This document shows positions 49,428 to 59,994 of a DNA stretch of 64,000 nucleotides, piece after piece. A program made the position numbers and the translations under genes. The stretch's first letter is position 1. Each line of letters begins with the position of its first letter. The notes below the pieces were generated by a model. That model was not told the DNA's origin and did no database searches. It worked only from the letters and a program-made list of their open reading frames with translations. Where the stretch lies: contig CP070812.1 of NCBI GenBank assembly GCA_020344015.1, positions 2,385,002-2,449,001 of the forward strand. Direction: 5' to 3'. The DNA comes from Gemmatimonadota bacterium. Its GTDB lineage: Bacteria; Gemmatimonadota; Gemmatimonadetes; Palauibacterales; KS3-K002.

Positions 49428-50255
49428 CTATGCAGGGGCGCGCGCCAGCTCGTCCAAGCGCGCCACGCGCTCTTCCACCGGGGGGTGGGTCGTGAAAAGT
49501 CGCGTCAGCCCACCTCGACGGAGGGGGTTAACGATACAAACATGTGCCGCCGACGGACTGACGTCCATCGGGATACGGTGTGCCAGGCTCTCCAATCTCA
49601 GCAGAGCCTGGGCCAGACCGCGCGGCGTGCCGGCGATCTCGGCACCGACACGGTCGGCGCGGAATTCCATCTGGCGGCTGATCGCCATCTGCACAAGGAA
49701 GGCGGCGAGCGGGGCCAGGATCAGCATGGCAAGGCCGGCGACGGCGTTGCGGTCCCGGCCGCCAAAGAAGAACGCGAACCGCGCCAAGATCATCACGGCG
49801 CCTGCCATGGTCGCGGCTACCGTGTTCGTAAGCATGTCGCGGTTCTTGATGTGGGCTAGCTCATGCGCTGCGACCCCCTCCAGTTCCTCGCGGCTCAGCC
49901 CCCCGAGTACGCCCTCAGTGAAACAGACAACAGCGCGCTGCGGGTTGCGTCCCGTGGCAAACGCGTTGGGCTGCTGGCTGGGCGCGATAGCGACCTTTGG
50001 CATCGGCAACCCCGCACGCTGGCGCAGCCGGTCGACCATCTCGTAGAGCGCCGGCTGCTCAGCTGGCTCGATGACCCGGGCCCGATACATGCGCAGGACT
50101 GCCGAGTCACTGAACCAGTACATCCCGAAGTTGAATAGCCCCACAAATACCAGAGCCGGCACCAAGGCATCGGGTCCGCCGGCCGAGTAGGCAATGCCGA
50201 GAACCAAAGCGGTAAGCGCCGCCATGAGGCCGAAGATTTTGGCGTAGTTCCCCAT
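49428..50255 (-). CDS. htpX: M48 zinc metalloprotease HtpX
   Basis: PNAFATGRNP, AHELAH, ISRQMEFRAD, THPPVEERV. Confidence 0.93.
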   Translation of the reverse strand: MGNYAKIFGLMAALTALVLGIAYSAGGPDALVPALVFVGLFNFGMYWFSDSAVLRMYRARVIEPAEQPALYEMVDRLRQRAGLPMPKVAIAPSQQPNAFATGRNPQRAVVCFTEGVLGGLSREELEGVAAHELAHIKNRDMLTNTVAATMAGAVMILARFAFFFGGRDRNAVAGLAMLILAPLAAFLVQMAISRQMEFRADRVGAEIAGTPRGLAQALLRLESLAHRIPMDVSPSAAHVCIVNPLRRGGLTRLFTTHPPVEERVARLDELARAPA

Positions 50256-50351
50256 ACTTCGCTCCCGGGCGAGGTTGGCAGCCCGCCCTGTCGGTCACTC
50301 GTCTTACGAAGGACCTAGAAAGGTACACCTGAGTGAGGAGGGGTTCCAGGG

Positions 50352-50460
50352 ACCGGTGGCCGGTAGTCGGTGGTCAGTGGGGCTTGTCAGGACCCATGGG
50401 GTGAGCGACGCGGTACGTTCGGCCTTACCGGCTACCGACCACTGTCTACCGATTACCGGT
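50352..50460. repeat. Inverted arrays of short heptamer repeats
   Basis: ACCGGTG GCCGGTA GTCGGTG GTCAGTG ... TTACCGG CTACCGA CCACTGT CTACCGA TTACCGG. Confidence 0.75.
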
Positions 50461-53400
50461 CAGTACGCCCAGCCGTAGAAGAGGAAGAGGCCAATCGACT
50501 GCTCCAGATCGGTGCCCGGTCCACCGTAGAAGAGCGTCCCCTCGCGCCCGAAGCGCGGCTCGGTGACGCCGCGCAGCGTGAACCTGTCATCGAGCCGCCA
50601 CTCGAGCCGCACCGTCGGCCGCACGGCGCCTACCAGGTGCTGGGCGACGCTGACGAAGACGGTAGGCGCCAGGTACCAGCCCACCTCCACCTGGGTGGCG
50701 GCCAGCGCCGGGCCGGTCCCGCTACGGTATTCGCCCTCGGCGTCCGGGGTGATCGGATTACGACTCACCTCGACGTAGGAGATGAACGATTCGCCGACGA
50801 GCAGCGAACCGAGTGCGTAGCCGACGAACGCTTGAGGTACGCCCCGCGTGGCATCCCGCAGAAGGTTGCTCTCCTCGCTGGTGCGGGTGAGCTCGTACGA
50901 TGGCCTACCGAACAGGAGGTAGGAGAGCAGGTCCGATTCCGGGATGGGGGGCTGTGCATCGCTCTCGAGGGCGAGCGTCATCTCCTCGAGTGTTCCGCCT
51001 ATCACCAATCTTATGTCTATCGGTTGCTTCTGAGTTCGTACCGTGTACAGCGCGACGATTCTCAAGTTCGGGTTCATGGCCGGCTCGCCGACTAACTCGA
51101 TGGTCCCCTCGACAACAGCGAACCGCTTGTTGAAGAACCAGTACTCGCCGCGCACCGCGTGGAGCATCCCATTCATCCTCAGGATATCCTGCGCTCGATC
51201 CTGATGAAGCGTTAATCGGCCAGCGATCTCGATGTTCATCTCCTCAGACCGCAACCACGTATCGCGCTCCAAATTGAGGCTCAGATCGATAACGAGGTTG
51301 TCGAGGAATCGGTTACCGGTTCGTCGTCCCAAGGTCGTTTGCAGGGCAAACACCGTGTCGATCAACGCCAGGTTTCCTCTCAGCTCCTCGAACGGGTCGA
51401 TGATCTCGGCCTGACGTCCGATCTCCTCGATGAACAGCACGCCGCTTACCACCGACAGGTCGCCCACGATATGCGGCATGTCATATGGGCCTTCCAGCGT
51501 GACAGTGCCCGATGCGACAATCCTTGCGTCGAATTGGTCGTAGCCCGCCAGCTGCACGGCGTACAACCGAAGATCGAACTCCGGATTGCCGAGGTTGGCG
51601 AAGCTGACCGACCCGGTCAGAGTGCCGCGCCCCCCCTGCACGGCGAACACCGATACGCTATCGAGCTCCATCCGGACACCGTCGAACCGTAGGTCGCCTT
51701 CCAACCCCTCGTAGGTGATCCCACTCCTCGGGATGCGGAAGCCGCCATTCACCACCGTCAGCGGACCTTGAAGGTCGATGTCCTCTGGTGTCCCCCCGAT
51801 GTGAACCGAAGCCCTAGCGTGCCCACGGATATCGGTCAGCTGATCGGTGAGCAATGTCATGAGGGTCAGCGGCACACTGTCGCCCTCGAAAGCCAAATCG
51901 ATTGGCCGCTCGGGCGCCTCGATGCGGAAGCTGGGCAGCTCCAGGTCGAGCGGCAGCGTGCCGCTCAGCCGGACCTGTTGCCTGGTGTCCTGCCACATCG
52001 CGGCATCCGTGAACAGCTCACCGCTTTCGTAGCCGAACGTGCCCCGCAGGTCGGAGAACGTGATCCCAAACAGATTACCTTCCGCCACCTCGATGCTACC
52101 CTGCAGGCTGGGGTCGCGGACTGTTCCGGAGAGCTCCAGATGCACATCCACCTGGCCGGCGACGTCCAAGCTGTCCGGCCACAGCACTGCCAGGTTCGCC
52201 AGATCGAGACCCAGGACATCAGCGCCGAGAGAGACCGGACCGGACACTCCCACCGCCCCGCGCAGCGACACCCTGCGCGACAGGCCTGTTAGCTCGAACT
52301 CGCGGATAGCGAGGGCGCCCGAGTCCTCGAACTGGAACTCCGCTGGCTCCACTAGATCCCAGCGAGTGCCCCTCAGAACCAGGGAGAGGGAGTCCACGCC
52401 TATCGTCTGCTCCAGCTTTCCCAGGCTGGCCCAGCCGCGGCCCGCAGCGGTTGCACTGGGTTTGGCGACCTCGAACTCTAGCTTCAGCAGCGAATCGCTG
52501 AGGCTGCCGCGCGCCTCCAAAGAGTCGAACCGTATCTCGCCGAAGGCTGCACCACTTGCCGAGACGGCGCCTCCGGCGACGAAGTGCCCGGCGTTCTCGC
52601 CGATGTTGAAGTCGTCGACTCGCAAGCTGTCGGCCCGCAAGTCGCGATACGCGACCCGTTCGGCCTCGGCGGCGCCGTGCACTGCGAAGTAGCCCGAGTC
52701 GCGCACGAGCCAGCCGACCACGCGAGCAGAACCTTTGAGCCCCGGCACATCTTCCGGCTGCGCCACCGTCCCCGTTGCGCCGGTCCCCAGCGTCGGCAGC
52801 GGTAGCCTATCGAAGGCAGGGAATAGCAGGGGGTCTAGGGCAGCGAGACTATCGGCCCGCAGCTCGAAGCGGAGGCTATCGATCAACCCGGGCGAGAGGC
52901 TGAGGGCGCCCGAGGCGTGCAGCTCCCCGAACTCGGCGGCAACGACGGACGTGTCGACCAGCAGGCGCCCGTCGGCCACGCGCAGTTCCACGGTCGCCGA
53001 CTCGAGGCGCACGCCGCCGACGAACGAGGCGGAGACATCCGCGCGACCACGCGCCGCTAGTTCCGCCAGTTCGATCCCCTCGCCCTGGAACTCGACCTTG
53101 AAGTCGAGATCCGACTGCGGCAGGCCGCGCCGGAATTCCGGAAGCCCGACACGCCAGCCCTGCAGCGAGCCACTATAGCGCGGCAAATCCTCCGCCAGCT
53201 GCAGGTCTGCGATCGCGGCTAGCGAATCTTCGGCACCGCCCAAGCGGACCTCGACATGGAGATCGTCGAGGGCACCGACGGCTACGAAATCCCCCCTGTA
53301 TTCACCGCGGAACGGGATCGCCGGGTAGTACTCCGCCAGCGTCGTGAGTGAAACCTGCTCGCCGTTTACCCGCGCGTCGAGCAGCAGCGGCGCATAGCCA

Positions 53401-54899
53401 TCCGCAGTTATCGTCGCGCGTCCCGCGAGCAGGTTCGATGTTCGCTCGGCGTCGCTCTGTTCAATGTCGAATGAGACGGCCATCCCGTCGGACAGTCGCC
53501 CATCCGCCGAAGCACTGCCGGCGACCTGCCCTCTCACCGCCAGTCCCGGTACGAATGCCCGGACCATATCGAGCCGCAGGGTATCGAAATGCACTTCTAA
53601 CTCTCTGGCGCCCAGCACCTCACCGTTGGCGTGGACAGTCCCAAGCGCCATAACGTGAGACGACGCCCCCGTCGCGTCAGGCGTGATCCTCAGGTCCCCG
53701 TCGACCTCGAGCTCTGAGAGCGGGCCAGCGAGCCGAACGCGGCCGGCCAGTTCGCCGTGCTGGGGAGGCTCCCAGCCGGTGAGCGAGGCGATGAGCGTAC
53801 TGTGCACTCGCTCCACCTCGAGGTCTACAGCGTCGAACTCGAGGCCGTCCGGCCGATCGCGAAGTGTCATCGCGTATCTGCCGGACGCCGTGGCATCGGG
53901 CGATTCCCAGCGAGCGTTCTGCGCCTCCAGAAGGACGCCGTCCGGTAGACTCGCGTAGCGGAAATCCAGATTGGCGACACCGGGCGGCAACTGCGGGATC
54001 AGCCACCAGAGGTCGGCCGTGGTTACCGGGTCGCCGCGTAGCGCCAGGTCGTATTCGAGCTTTCCGGAAAGCGATACCCACCCCTCGCCGAATATCCGCG
54101 AGTCGGGCAGGTCGACCTCCCAGACATCGAAGAACAGAGTGTCGCCCACGACCTCCAGGTCGGCACGCAACTGTTCTACCTCGAACGACTCCCTGATAAC
54201 CGTCGCGGCACCGCTGAACAGAGAGACCTGGAAGAGTCGGCTCTGCCCCTCGGGCGCTGCAACCCGCGCCGTGGGTAGGTTGGCATTGAGGCGCTCGACC
54301 CTAACGACGCGCTCCCACCTACCATCCACCTCTTCTAAGTGCCAGGCGGAAGAATCCGGGTCGCTGCCCGGCCTGGGATCCCACGGGAACCTGAGCGTCA
54401 CGTCGCCCGATCTTATATCGACCTCACGCAACACTACTCTGCGCCCACGGCCGCCCTCGCTGGGAGCGGTTGTGCTGTCGGCCGGACCGGCCTCCCGCCC
54501 GCCGAACAACCTCTCGAAGTTCCACCCCTCTCCGCGGGTTGTCCTCAGGTTGGCGACCGGGCCGATGAGAGTGACCTTGGGGAACGTGATGTTGCCGAAA
54601 AGGAAGTCGGACCAGCGATAGTGGACCGCGACGGTATCTATGCGGGCGAATTCGCTGCCGTCGGGCTCGAAGATCCGCACACCCGCCATCCGCACCGTCC
54701 GCAGCAGATCGCCCTCCAGTACCTCGTTGATCTCCACCCGACCGGCGATCGCTTCATTGAGCTTCTCGAGCGCGAATTGGCGCACACGTTCACGACCCCA
54801 GTCGGTACGCGTGAACATCATGCCCGAGGCCGTCGCCACGAGCAGAACCGCTCCGGCTAGGGCCAGCGGAATACCGATCAGTCGCTCTTTCCAGGTCAC
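50460..54899 (-). CDS. tamB: TamB/AsmA-like translocation and assembly module protein
   Basis: N-terminal TM anchor, long beta-rich body, DUF490-like C-terminus (NPNLRIVA...GGTLEE...LLSYLLFG); follows an Omp85 gene. Confidence 0.85.
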   Translation of the reverse strand: MTWKERLIGIPLALAGAVLLVATASGMMFTRTDWGRERVRQFALEKLNEAIAGRVEINEVLEGDLLRTVRMAGVRIFEPDGSEFARIDTVAVHYRWSDFLFGNITFPKVTLIGPVANLRTTRGEGWNFERLFGGREAGPADSTTAPSEGGRGRRVVLREVDIRSGDVTLRFPWDPRPGSDPDSSAWHLEEVDGRWERVVRVERLNANLPTARVAAPEGQSRLFQVSLFSGAATVIRESFEVEQLRADLEVVGDTLFFDVWEVDLPDSRIFGEGWVSLSGKLEYDLALRGDPVTTADLWWLIPQLPPGVANLDFRYASLPDGVLLEAQNARWESPDATASGRYAMTLRDRPDGLEFDAVDLEVERVHSTLIASLTGWEPPQHGELAGRVRLAGPLSELEVDGDLRITPDATGASSHVMALGTVHANGEVLGARELEVHFDTLRLDMVRAFVPGLAVRGQVAGSASADGRLSDGMAVSFDIEQSDAERTSNLLAGRATITADGYAPLLLDARVNGEQVSLTTLAEYYPAIPFRGEYRGDFVAVGALDDLHVEVRLGGAEDSLAAIADLQLAEDLPRYSGSLQGWRVGLPEFRRGLPQSDLDFKVEFQGEGIELAELAARGRADVSASFVGGVRLESATVELRVADGRLLVDTSVVAAEFGELHASGALSLSPGLIDSLRFELRADSLAALDPLLFPAFDRLPLPTLGTGATGTVAQPEDVPGLKGSARVVGWLVRDSGYFAVHGAAEAERVAYRDLRADSLRVDDFNIGENAGHFVAGGAVSASGAAFGEIRFDSLEARGSLSDSLLKLEFEVAKPSATAAGRGWASLGKLEQTIGVDSLSLVLRGTRWDLVEPAEFQFEDSGALAIREFELTGLSRRVSLRGAVGVSGPVSLGADVLGLDLANLAVLWPDSLDVAGQVDVHLELSGTVRDPSLQGSIEVAEGNLFGITFSDLRGTFGYESGELFTDAAMWQDTRQQVRLSGTLPLDLELPSFRIEAPERPIDLAFEGDSVPLTLMTLLTDQLTDIRGHARASVHIGGTPEDIDLQGPLTVVNGGFRIPRSGITYEGLEGDLRFDGVRMELDSVSVFAVQGGRGTLTGSVSFANLGNPEFDLRLYAVQLAGYDQFDARIVASGTVTLEGPYDMPHIVGDLSVVSGVLFIEEIGRQAEIIDPFEELRGNLALIDTVFALQTTLGRRTGNRFLDNLVIDLSLNLERDTWLRSEEMNIEIAGRLTLHQDRAQDILRMNGMLHAVRGEYWFFNKRFAVVEGTIELVGEPAMNPNLRIVALYTVRTQKQPIDIRLVIGGTLEEMTLALESDAQPPIPESDLLSYLLFGRPSYELTRTSEESNLLRDATRGVPQAFVGYALGSLLVGESFISYVEVSRNPITPDAEGEYRSGTGPALAATQVEVGWYLAPTVFVSVAQHLVGAVRPTVRLEWRLDDRFTLRGVTEPRFGREGTLFYGGPGTDLEQSIGLFLFYGWAY

Positions 54900-57250
54900 T
54901 AGAACGCGTGTCCTATCGAGAAGTGCAGCTGCAGCCGGTTCAGGAACCCCCGCAGGCCCTCACCTTCATACGGGTCATACGTCAAAAGGTTCGGTTCGTC
55001 GGTCGCGTCGCCCAGTTGCACGATGAATGTCTGTCCGTTCTCGTCCACCAGCTCGCTGATCACGGGGAACCGCTCCGCGCTACTTGTATTGTAACCTATG
55101 TCCAGGCGCAGAGGTCCCACAGGGCTCTGATAGCGGATCCCAACGCCAGGCGACCAGGCCATCCGGTCCCCACCGCTTACCTCCGCACCGGCGCTCCAGA
55201 CCCGGCCGACGTCGACGAACGCCACCCAGATCCAGCGACCGGCCGCGAAGGGAAAACGAAGCTCGAGGTTCGCCACCAGCGAGTTCTCACCCCCCACCGG
55301 CCGCGGAAAGACCCGACTCGAGGTCAGCCCCGCAGCCTCGGGGTCGCAGACCCACGTATTCCGTTCTGTCACCAGCGGGTCGTCGGGATTGCAGGCCTGC
55401 AGGTCCTCGCGGCGCGCAAGCAAGACCAGCGGCCCCAGCAGGTTCTGCCCGAACCCACGAACGGTAAAAGCCCCCCCCGCGTACTGCCGCTTCAACGGGT
55501 GGGTCACCGGCTCGGCGGTTGATGTGTCGGTGGCGATGCTGAGCTCCACACCCTCGAGGCCCGAGCCGATGGGACGCACCAGACCGCCTCGCACTCGCAG
55601 CGCCAGAACGTTGCGGCCGAGACGCTGGAACCAGCTGAACTCGCCCTGTGCCCTGTAGTAGGCCCACTCTGAACCCGTGAGTCGGGATGCAGTCTCACCC
55701 TCGATCGTGAACCGGTAACCGCGCGTCGGGTTGAGGACGACGTCGGTTCTACTCTGGGCGACGGTAACGGCGAACCACGAGAGCCAGCGCGGTTGCTCGA
55801 GCACCGCGATGTCTTCCGGGCGACATATTAGGAAGTTGGCGCAGAACAGGAAGTCGGCACTCCCCTCCTCCAGGCTGTCGCGTCCGGCACGATACGTTCC
55901 AATCAGAGCGGTCCCGGGAGAGATCTCCCGGCTCAGCCTTACGTCGCCCCCGTAGCTGACACGCGCGTAGATCCCGGGCAGACTCTGTCTTTCGCCGAAG
56001 ACACCAAGGTGCAGCCAGTTCTCCGTGCCCAGGAACCACGGTTGCCGGAAATCGGCCCTCAGCCTCCAGTTGACCTTGTTGTACGGATTGGTCTCGAGCT
56101 CGCTCTCGCGCTCGACACCGGCCTGCGTACAAGGGAATTGCCGGGCCAGGGTGGCGGTACCGAGGTTCGAGAGGACGCCGCTCAGCTCGAGAGTGCGTGT
56201 CCCGCCGAAGAAATTGCGATGACTCCAACCGGCTTCGACCTGTAAACACTCGGTCGTCGATAACCCGAACCCAAACTGGACCCCACGCATCCGCGCCTCG
56301 TTGACCTGTACCTGGATGTCTATGGTCGAGTCCGGGCTCGTCGGCCGTCGCGTAATGGCTACGTAGTCGAACAGCACCAGGGAGTAGAGCGTGCGCTGAC
56401 TACGAACGATCTCGTCTTCGTCGTACAGGTCGCCGGTCCGAAACGTCAGCAGCCGTCTCACGTCTTCGGGATCGATCTCCACGGTTCCGATCACCTCAAT
56501 CGCACCAATCCGCGACCGCGGGCCGGGCACCGCCTGGAGCACGACAAACGCCCCCAGCGTGTCGGTGCTCGGGATGGTCGCTTCGACCAGCACCACCGCA
56601 TCAGCGTATCCACGCTTTCGCAGTTCTCGCTCGATCCGTTCCCGCGACGCCGTAAGGTCGACTTCGCTGAATGGCCGCTCCGCCTTCAAATCGAGATCCG
56701 ATGTGATGGCGTCGGCTTCGCCTACGTCATCGAGCCCGCTAACCTGCAGATCGCGCACTGTGACGGGCTCACCCTCATCGATACGGAAGGTGACGTCGAC
56801 GAAGCCGTTGTGGCGGACAACTGTCGTATCGACCTGGGCGCTCCGAAAACCGCGCCGGTAGTAGAAGACCCTTATGCGGGCGATGTCGGTCCTCAGCTCG
56901 CGCCGGTCGAGTTGCTCCGTCCGGATAAACACGTCCAACCCGATCCAGCAGAGTGGGCTGAGCAGCACCGATTTACAGCCACTGTCCCGGGTGGCTATCG
57001 CCCGTTCGATCTCACTGTCACTGAACGCATCGTTGCCGCTGAAGCGGAGGTTACGAACGATGGGAAGCGTGTCGCGGGCGGCCACCTGTGCTATGGCAGG
57101 GGCCGCTGCCAGCAAGCCGGCTGCGACGGCGAGGAGGGCTGCGAAGCGAATGCCCAGCCGGGTGGCGTCAGGCGACCGAGCTGCGCTCGGCGCCAATCCC
57201 CGGTCCGCTGGCGACATCGAAGTAACCCTTGGTACCGCGCGGGAAGACAT
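54899..57250 (-). CDS. Omp85-family TamA/BamA-like outer-membrane protein
   Basis: POTRA repeats (FSGNDAFSD, YYRRGF, IDEGEP), YAGGAFTVRGF, SPVGPLRLDIGY, terminal SIGHAF; start may be ATG 57217. Confidence 0.9.
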   Translation of the reverse strand: MSSRAVPRVTSMSPADRGLAPSAARSPDATRLGIRFAALLAVAAGLLAAAPAIAQVAARDTLPIVRNLRFSGNDAFSDSEIERAIATRDSGCKSVLLSPLCWIGLDVFIRTEQLDRRELRTDIARIRVFYYRRGFRSAQVDTTVVRHNGFVDVTFRIDEGEPVTVRDLQVSGLDDVGEADAITSDLDLKAERPFSEVDLTASRERIERELRKRGYADAVVLVEATIPSTDTLGAFVVLQAVPGPRSRIGAIEVIGTVEIDPEDVRRLLTFRTGDLYDEDEIVRSQRTLYSLVLFDYVAITRRPTSPDSTIDIQVQVNEARMRGVQFGFGLSTTECLQVEAGWSHRNFFGGTRTLELSGVLSNLGTATLARQFPCTQAGVERESELETNPYNKVNWRLRADFRQPWFLGTENWLHLGVFGERQSLPGIYARVSYGGDVRLSREISPGTALIGTYRAGRDSLEEGSADFLFCANFLICRPEDIAVLEQPRWLSWFAVTVAQSRTDVVLNPTRGYRFTIEGETASRLTGSEWAYYRAQGEFSWFQRLGRNVLALRVRGGLVRPIGSGLEGVELSIATDTSTAEPVTHPLKRQYAGGAFTVRGFGQNLLGPLVLLARREDLQACNPDDPLVTERNTWVCDPEAAGLTSSRVFPRPVGGENSLVANLELRFPFAAGRWIWVAFVDVGRVWSAGAEVSGGDRMAWSPGVGIRYQSPVGPLRLDIGYNTSSAERFPVISELVDENGQTFIVQLGDATDEPNLLTYDPYEGEGLRGFLNRLQLHFSIGHAF

Positions 57251-58037
57251 GTTTGCTCATCGGCATGAATCGAGCGAGGTCGCCGACCCAAGCGTGATGT
57301 GCGACGCGGATCTCGTGGTCGTCGATCTGTATCAGGTTCAACGTATTCTTGAACCGCTCGCGGCCGCGACCACGGCTCGAGGTAGTCGTGCCGCATTGGA
57401 CGATGGCGATCCCGCGGCGTTGCAGGTCGCCCGGAAAGAAATCGAGCGAGCTGCCGATGTAGGAGCGGTGCATGTGGCCGGCGAGAATGAGATCGACGTC
57501 GTGTTCGGTGAATCGCCGCAGCGCGCGCCGCGCGAAGGGCATCACGTTGCCGCCGACAAAGTCGGGCGGCGGCGCCAGATGATGATGGGTCACGACGATC
57601 CGGGCGAGCGAATCGTCTGCACCGTCGAACGCACGACTGGCGAAAGCGAGCTGCGAGCGACGGATTCGGCCGTTAGTCAGCGTCGCTCGCCTGCTCGAGT
57701 TGAGCGCAACGATCCTCAGCCCGGCTACGTCGGTGACCGTGTTGAGCTCGTCGCAGATAAATCGGTGGTAGTTGGCGTACGGGAAAAAGACTCGTTCCCA
57801 GAACCGGTAGAACGGGACGTCGTGATTGCCCGGCGTAACCACCACAGGCGCGGCGAAACGTTCCAGATACTCCGCGGCCGCCTCGAACTCCACCGCCTTG
57901 GCGCGCTGAGTCAGGTCGCCCGATACGACGACGACATCCGGCACGAGGTCCCGGGCCTGCTCGACAACCACCTCGGCCACGTCCGGCCGGAAGGCCTTGC
58001 CGAAATGCAGATCTGAGAGGTGGAGCAGCGTTGCCAA
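57168..58037 (-). CDS. Calcineurin-like metallophosphoesterase
   Basis: HLSDLHFG, SGDLT, PGNHD, THH, GHMH. Confidence 0.92.
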   Translation of the reverse strand: MATLLHLSDLHFGKAFRPDVAEVVVEQARDLVPDVVVVSGDLTQRAKAVEFEAAAEYLERFAAPVVVTPGNHDVPFYRFWERVFFPYANYHRFICDELNTVTDVAGLRIVALNSSRRATLTNGRIRRSQLAFASRAFDGADDSLARIVVTHHHLAPPPDFVGGNVMPFARRALRRFTEHDVDLILAGHMHRSYIGSSLDFFPGDLQRRGIAIVQCGTTTSSRGRGRERFKNTLNLIQIDDHEIRVAHHAWVGDLARFMPMSKHVFPRGTKGYFDVASGPGIGAERSSVA

Positions 58038-58057
58038 GCTTTCCTACCTCCGAACGG

Positions 58058-58885
58058 CTACGACGCCGGCGCCGCCTCGCCCCGGCTGCGCCTCAGCAGG
58101 ACGAGCCCGTAGGCGCCCGCTGCGATGATCACCAGGCTGATCACCTGAGCGAGGGTGAGCGGGCCGAAGAATCGATCGTCCTTGGCACGGAAGATCTCGA
58201 CGAACGCCCGTTCCAGGCCAGCCAGCACCAGGTAGAGCATGAATAGCCAGCCGGCGCGGTGCGGGTGCCGACGCAGCCGCCAGAGCACAGCGAGGACGAT
58301 CAACATGATCGTCGTCTCGTAGAGCTGGGTCGGGTGTACCCGCAGCACCTCCCAATCCGGAACGCTCTCCGGCACGCCTACGCCGAAGCTGTCGCGCAGA
58401 TTGCCAGCCGTGCTCGGCGGCGAGCCCTTGGGGAATGCGACACCGATCCAGCTATCCGTGGCCCGCCCGTAGTCGTCGCCTACCAGGAAGCAACCGATGC
58501 GCCCGACCGCGTACCCGATAGACAACATGAGAGCGGCAGCGTCGGCGACGATAGGGACAGGGAACTTCGCCCTACGCGCGACGAGTATTACGCCAATCGT
58601 GCCTCCAATCAGGCCACCATACCAGACGAGGCCGGCGCGCGAGAAGAGCGTGCCGAGCGGGTCGCGGACAAGGAGCGGCCAGTTGAGGAAAGCGTAGTAG
58701 AGCTTCGCGCCGATGATGCCTCCGATCAAGGCGCCCATCAGGACGGTCCACGAGGCATCCTTCTCATATTCTTTGTCCTCGAAAAAGAAGGTGCCGATCC
58801 AACCGGCTGCCAGGAAGCCTAGTCCCAGCATCAGGCCGAACGTCGTGATCTCTATTCCCTTGAACTCGAAGAGTATCGGGTACAT
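58058..58885 (-). CDS. lgt: Prolipoprotein diacylglyceryl transferase
   Basis: GLVWYGG, GRIGCFLVGDDYG, HPTQLYE, RAFVEIFR. Confidence 0.95.
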   Translation of the reverse strand: MYPILFEFKGIEITTFGLMLGLGFLAAGWIGTFFFEDKEYEKDASWTVLMGALIGGIIGAKLYYAFLNWPLLVRDPLGTLFSRAGLVWYGGLIGGTIGVILVARRAKFPVPIVADAAALMLSIGYAVGRIGCFLVGDDYGRATDSWIGVAFPKGSPPSTAGNLRDSFGVGVPESVPDWEVLRVHPTQLYETTIMLIVLAVLWRLRRHPHRAGWLFMLYLVLAGLERAFVEIFRAKDDRFFGPLTLAQVISLVIIAAGAYGLVLLRRSRGEAAPAS

Positions 58886-58917
58886 TTACTAGTTCCTCTC
58901 CATACACAGCATCACGC

Positions 58918-59958
58918 TCAGAGGACCCCCGGCATCGGCAGATCCGCCCGCGCGTTGAGGTCATATCCGTCCTGCTCGCCACGGCCCAACCGGAAAGCCG
59001 CCGCCCGCGCCACCATCGCTGCGTTGTCGGTCGCGAGCCTCGACGAAGGTACAAAGACGAGAGCGTCGGGCCCCAGCCGCGAGCGAATGCTATCGGCCAG
59101 CGCTGCGTTCCTGGCGACGCCTCCTCCGAGGACCACCCGCTGGCAACCTGTAGCCCGGACCGCGCGCAGCGTCTTCTCGGTGAGCTGCTCGACGGCCGCC
59201 TGCTGAAACGCAGCCGCCAGGTGCGGAACCTCCTCGTCGAGGCTGCCCGCCTTCTCTAGCTCCCGTACCCGCATCAGCACCGCAGTCTTCAGGCCGCTGA
59301 ACGACATATCGAAGTAGTCCTCGCTACCCTCGCGCTGGCCGGGACGGACCATCGGTACGGGAAGCGGGTGGCGGGCCGGCTTGCCCTGCTTGGCCAGCCG
59401 CTCGATCGCCGGGCCGCCAGGATAGCCCAGATCCAGCAGTCGCGCCACCTTGTCGAAGGCCTCGCCGGCGGCGTCGTCCCGCGTACCGCCGAGCATATGG
59501 TAGCGCCCCCAGCTCTCGGCATGGAGCAGCAGGGTGTGGCCACCGGATACGAGCAGCGCGACGAACGGCGGTTGCGCTCTCTCGTCCTCCAGGGCCGAGG
59601 CGAATAGGTGCGCCTCCATGTGGTGGATGCCTATGAACGGTCTGCCCAGCGCGTACGCGGCAGCCTTCACCCAGTTGAGGCCTACCAAGAGGGAGCCGAT
59701 GAGGCCCGGTCCCGCCGTGACCGCCAGGGCATCCAACTCGTCCATTCGGATGGCCGCCTGGTCCACCGCCTGGGCGACGATTCGGCCGATCACAGCCAAC
59801 TGAGCCCGTGATGCGACCTCGGGGACGACGCCGCCAAAGCCGCCGTGCATATCTTGCGTCGCGATGACATGCCCCAGTAGCTCGCGCTCACCGCGCAGTA
59901 CCGCGGCAGACGTGTCGTCACACGAAGTCTCGACTGCGAGGATGGTTCGCCCACTCAC
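58918..59958 (-). CDS. tsaD: tRNA N6-threonylcarbamoyltransferase
   Basis: ETSCDDT, GGVVPEVASR, HHMEAH, SGGHT, DDAAGEAFDK, SFSGLKT, TDNAAM. Confidence 0.97.
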   Translation of the reverse strand: MSGRTILAVETSCDDTSAAVLRGERELLGHVIATQDMHGGFGGVVPEVASRAQLAVIGRIVAQAVDQAAIRMDELDALAVTAGPGLIGSLLVGLNWVKAAAYALGRPFIGIHHMEAHLFASALEDERAQPPFVALLVSGGHTLLLHAESWGRYHMLGGTRDDAAGEAFDKVARLLDLGYPGGPAIERLAKQGKPARHPLPVPMVRPGQREGSEDYFDMSFSGLKTAVLMRVRELEKAGSLDEEVPHLAAAFQQAAVEQLTEKTLRAVRATGCQRVVLGGGVARNAALADSIRSRLGPDALVFVPSSRLATDNAAMVARAAAFRLGRGEQDGYDLNARADLPMPGVL

Positions 59959-59994
59959 GCGTCTGTCCTATCGCCGAATACGCCGCTCTTACGA

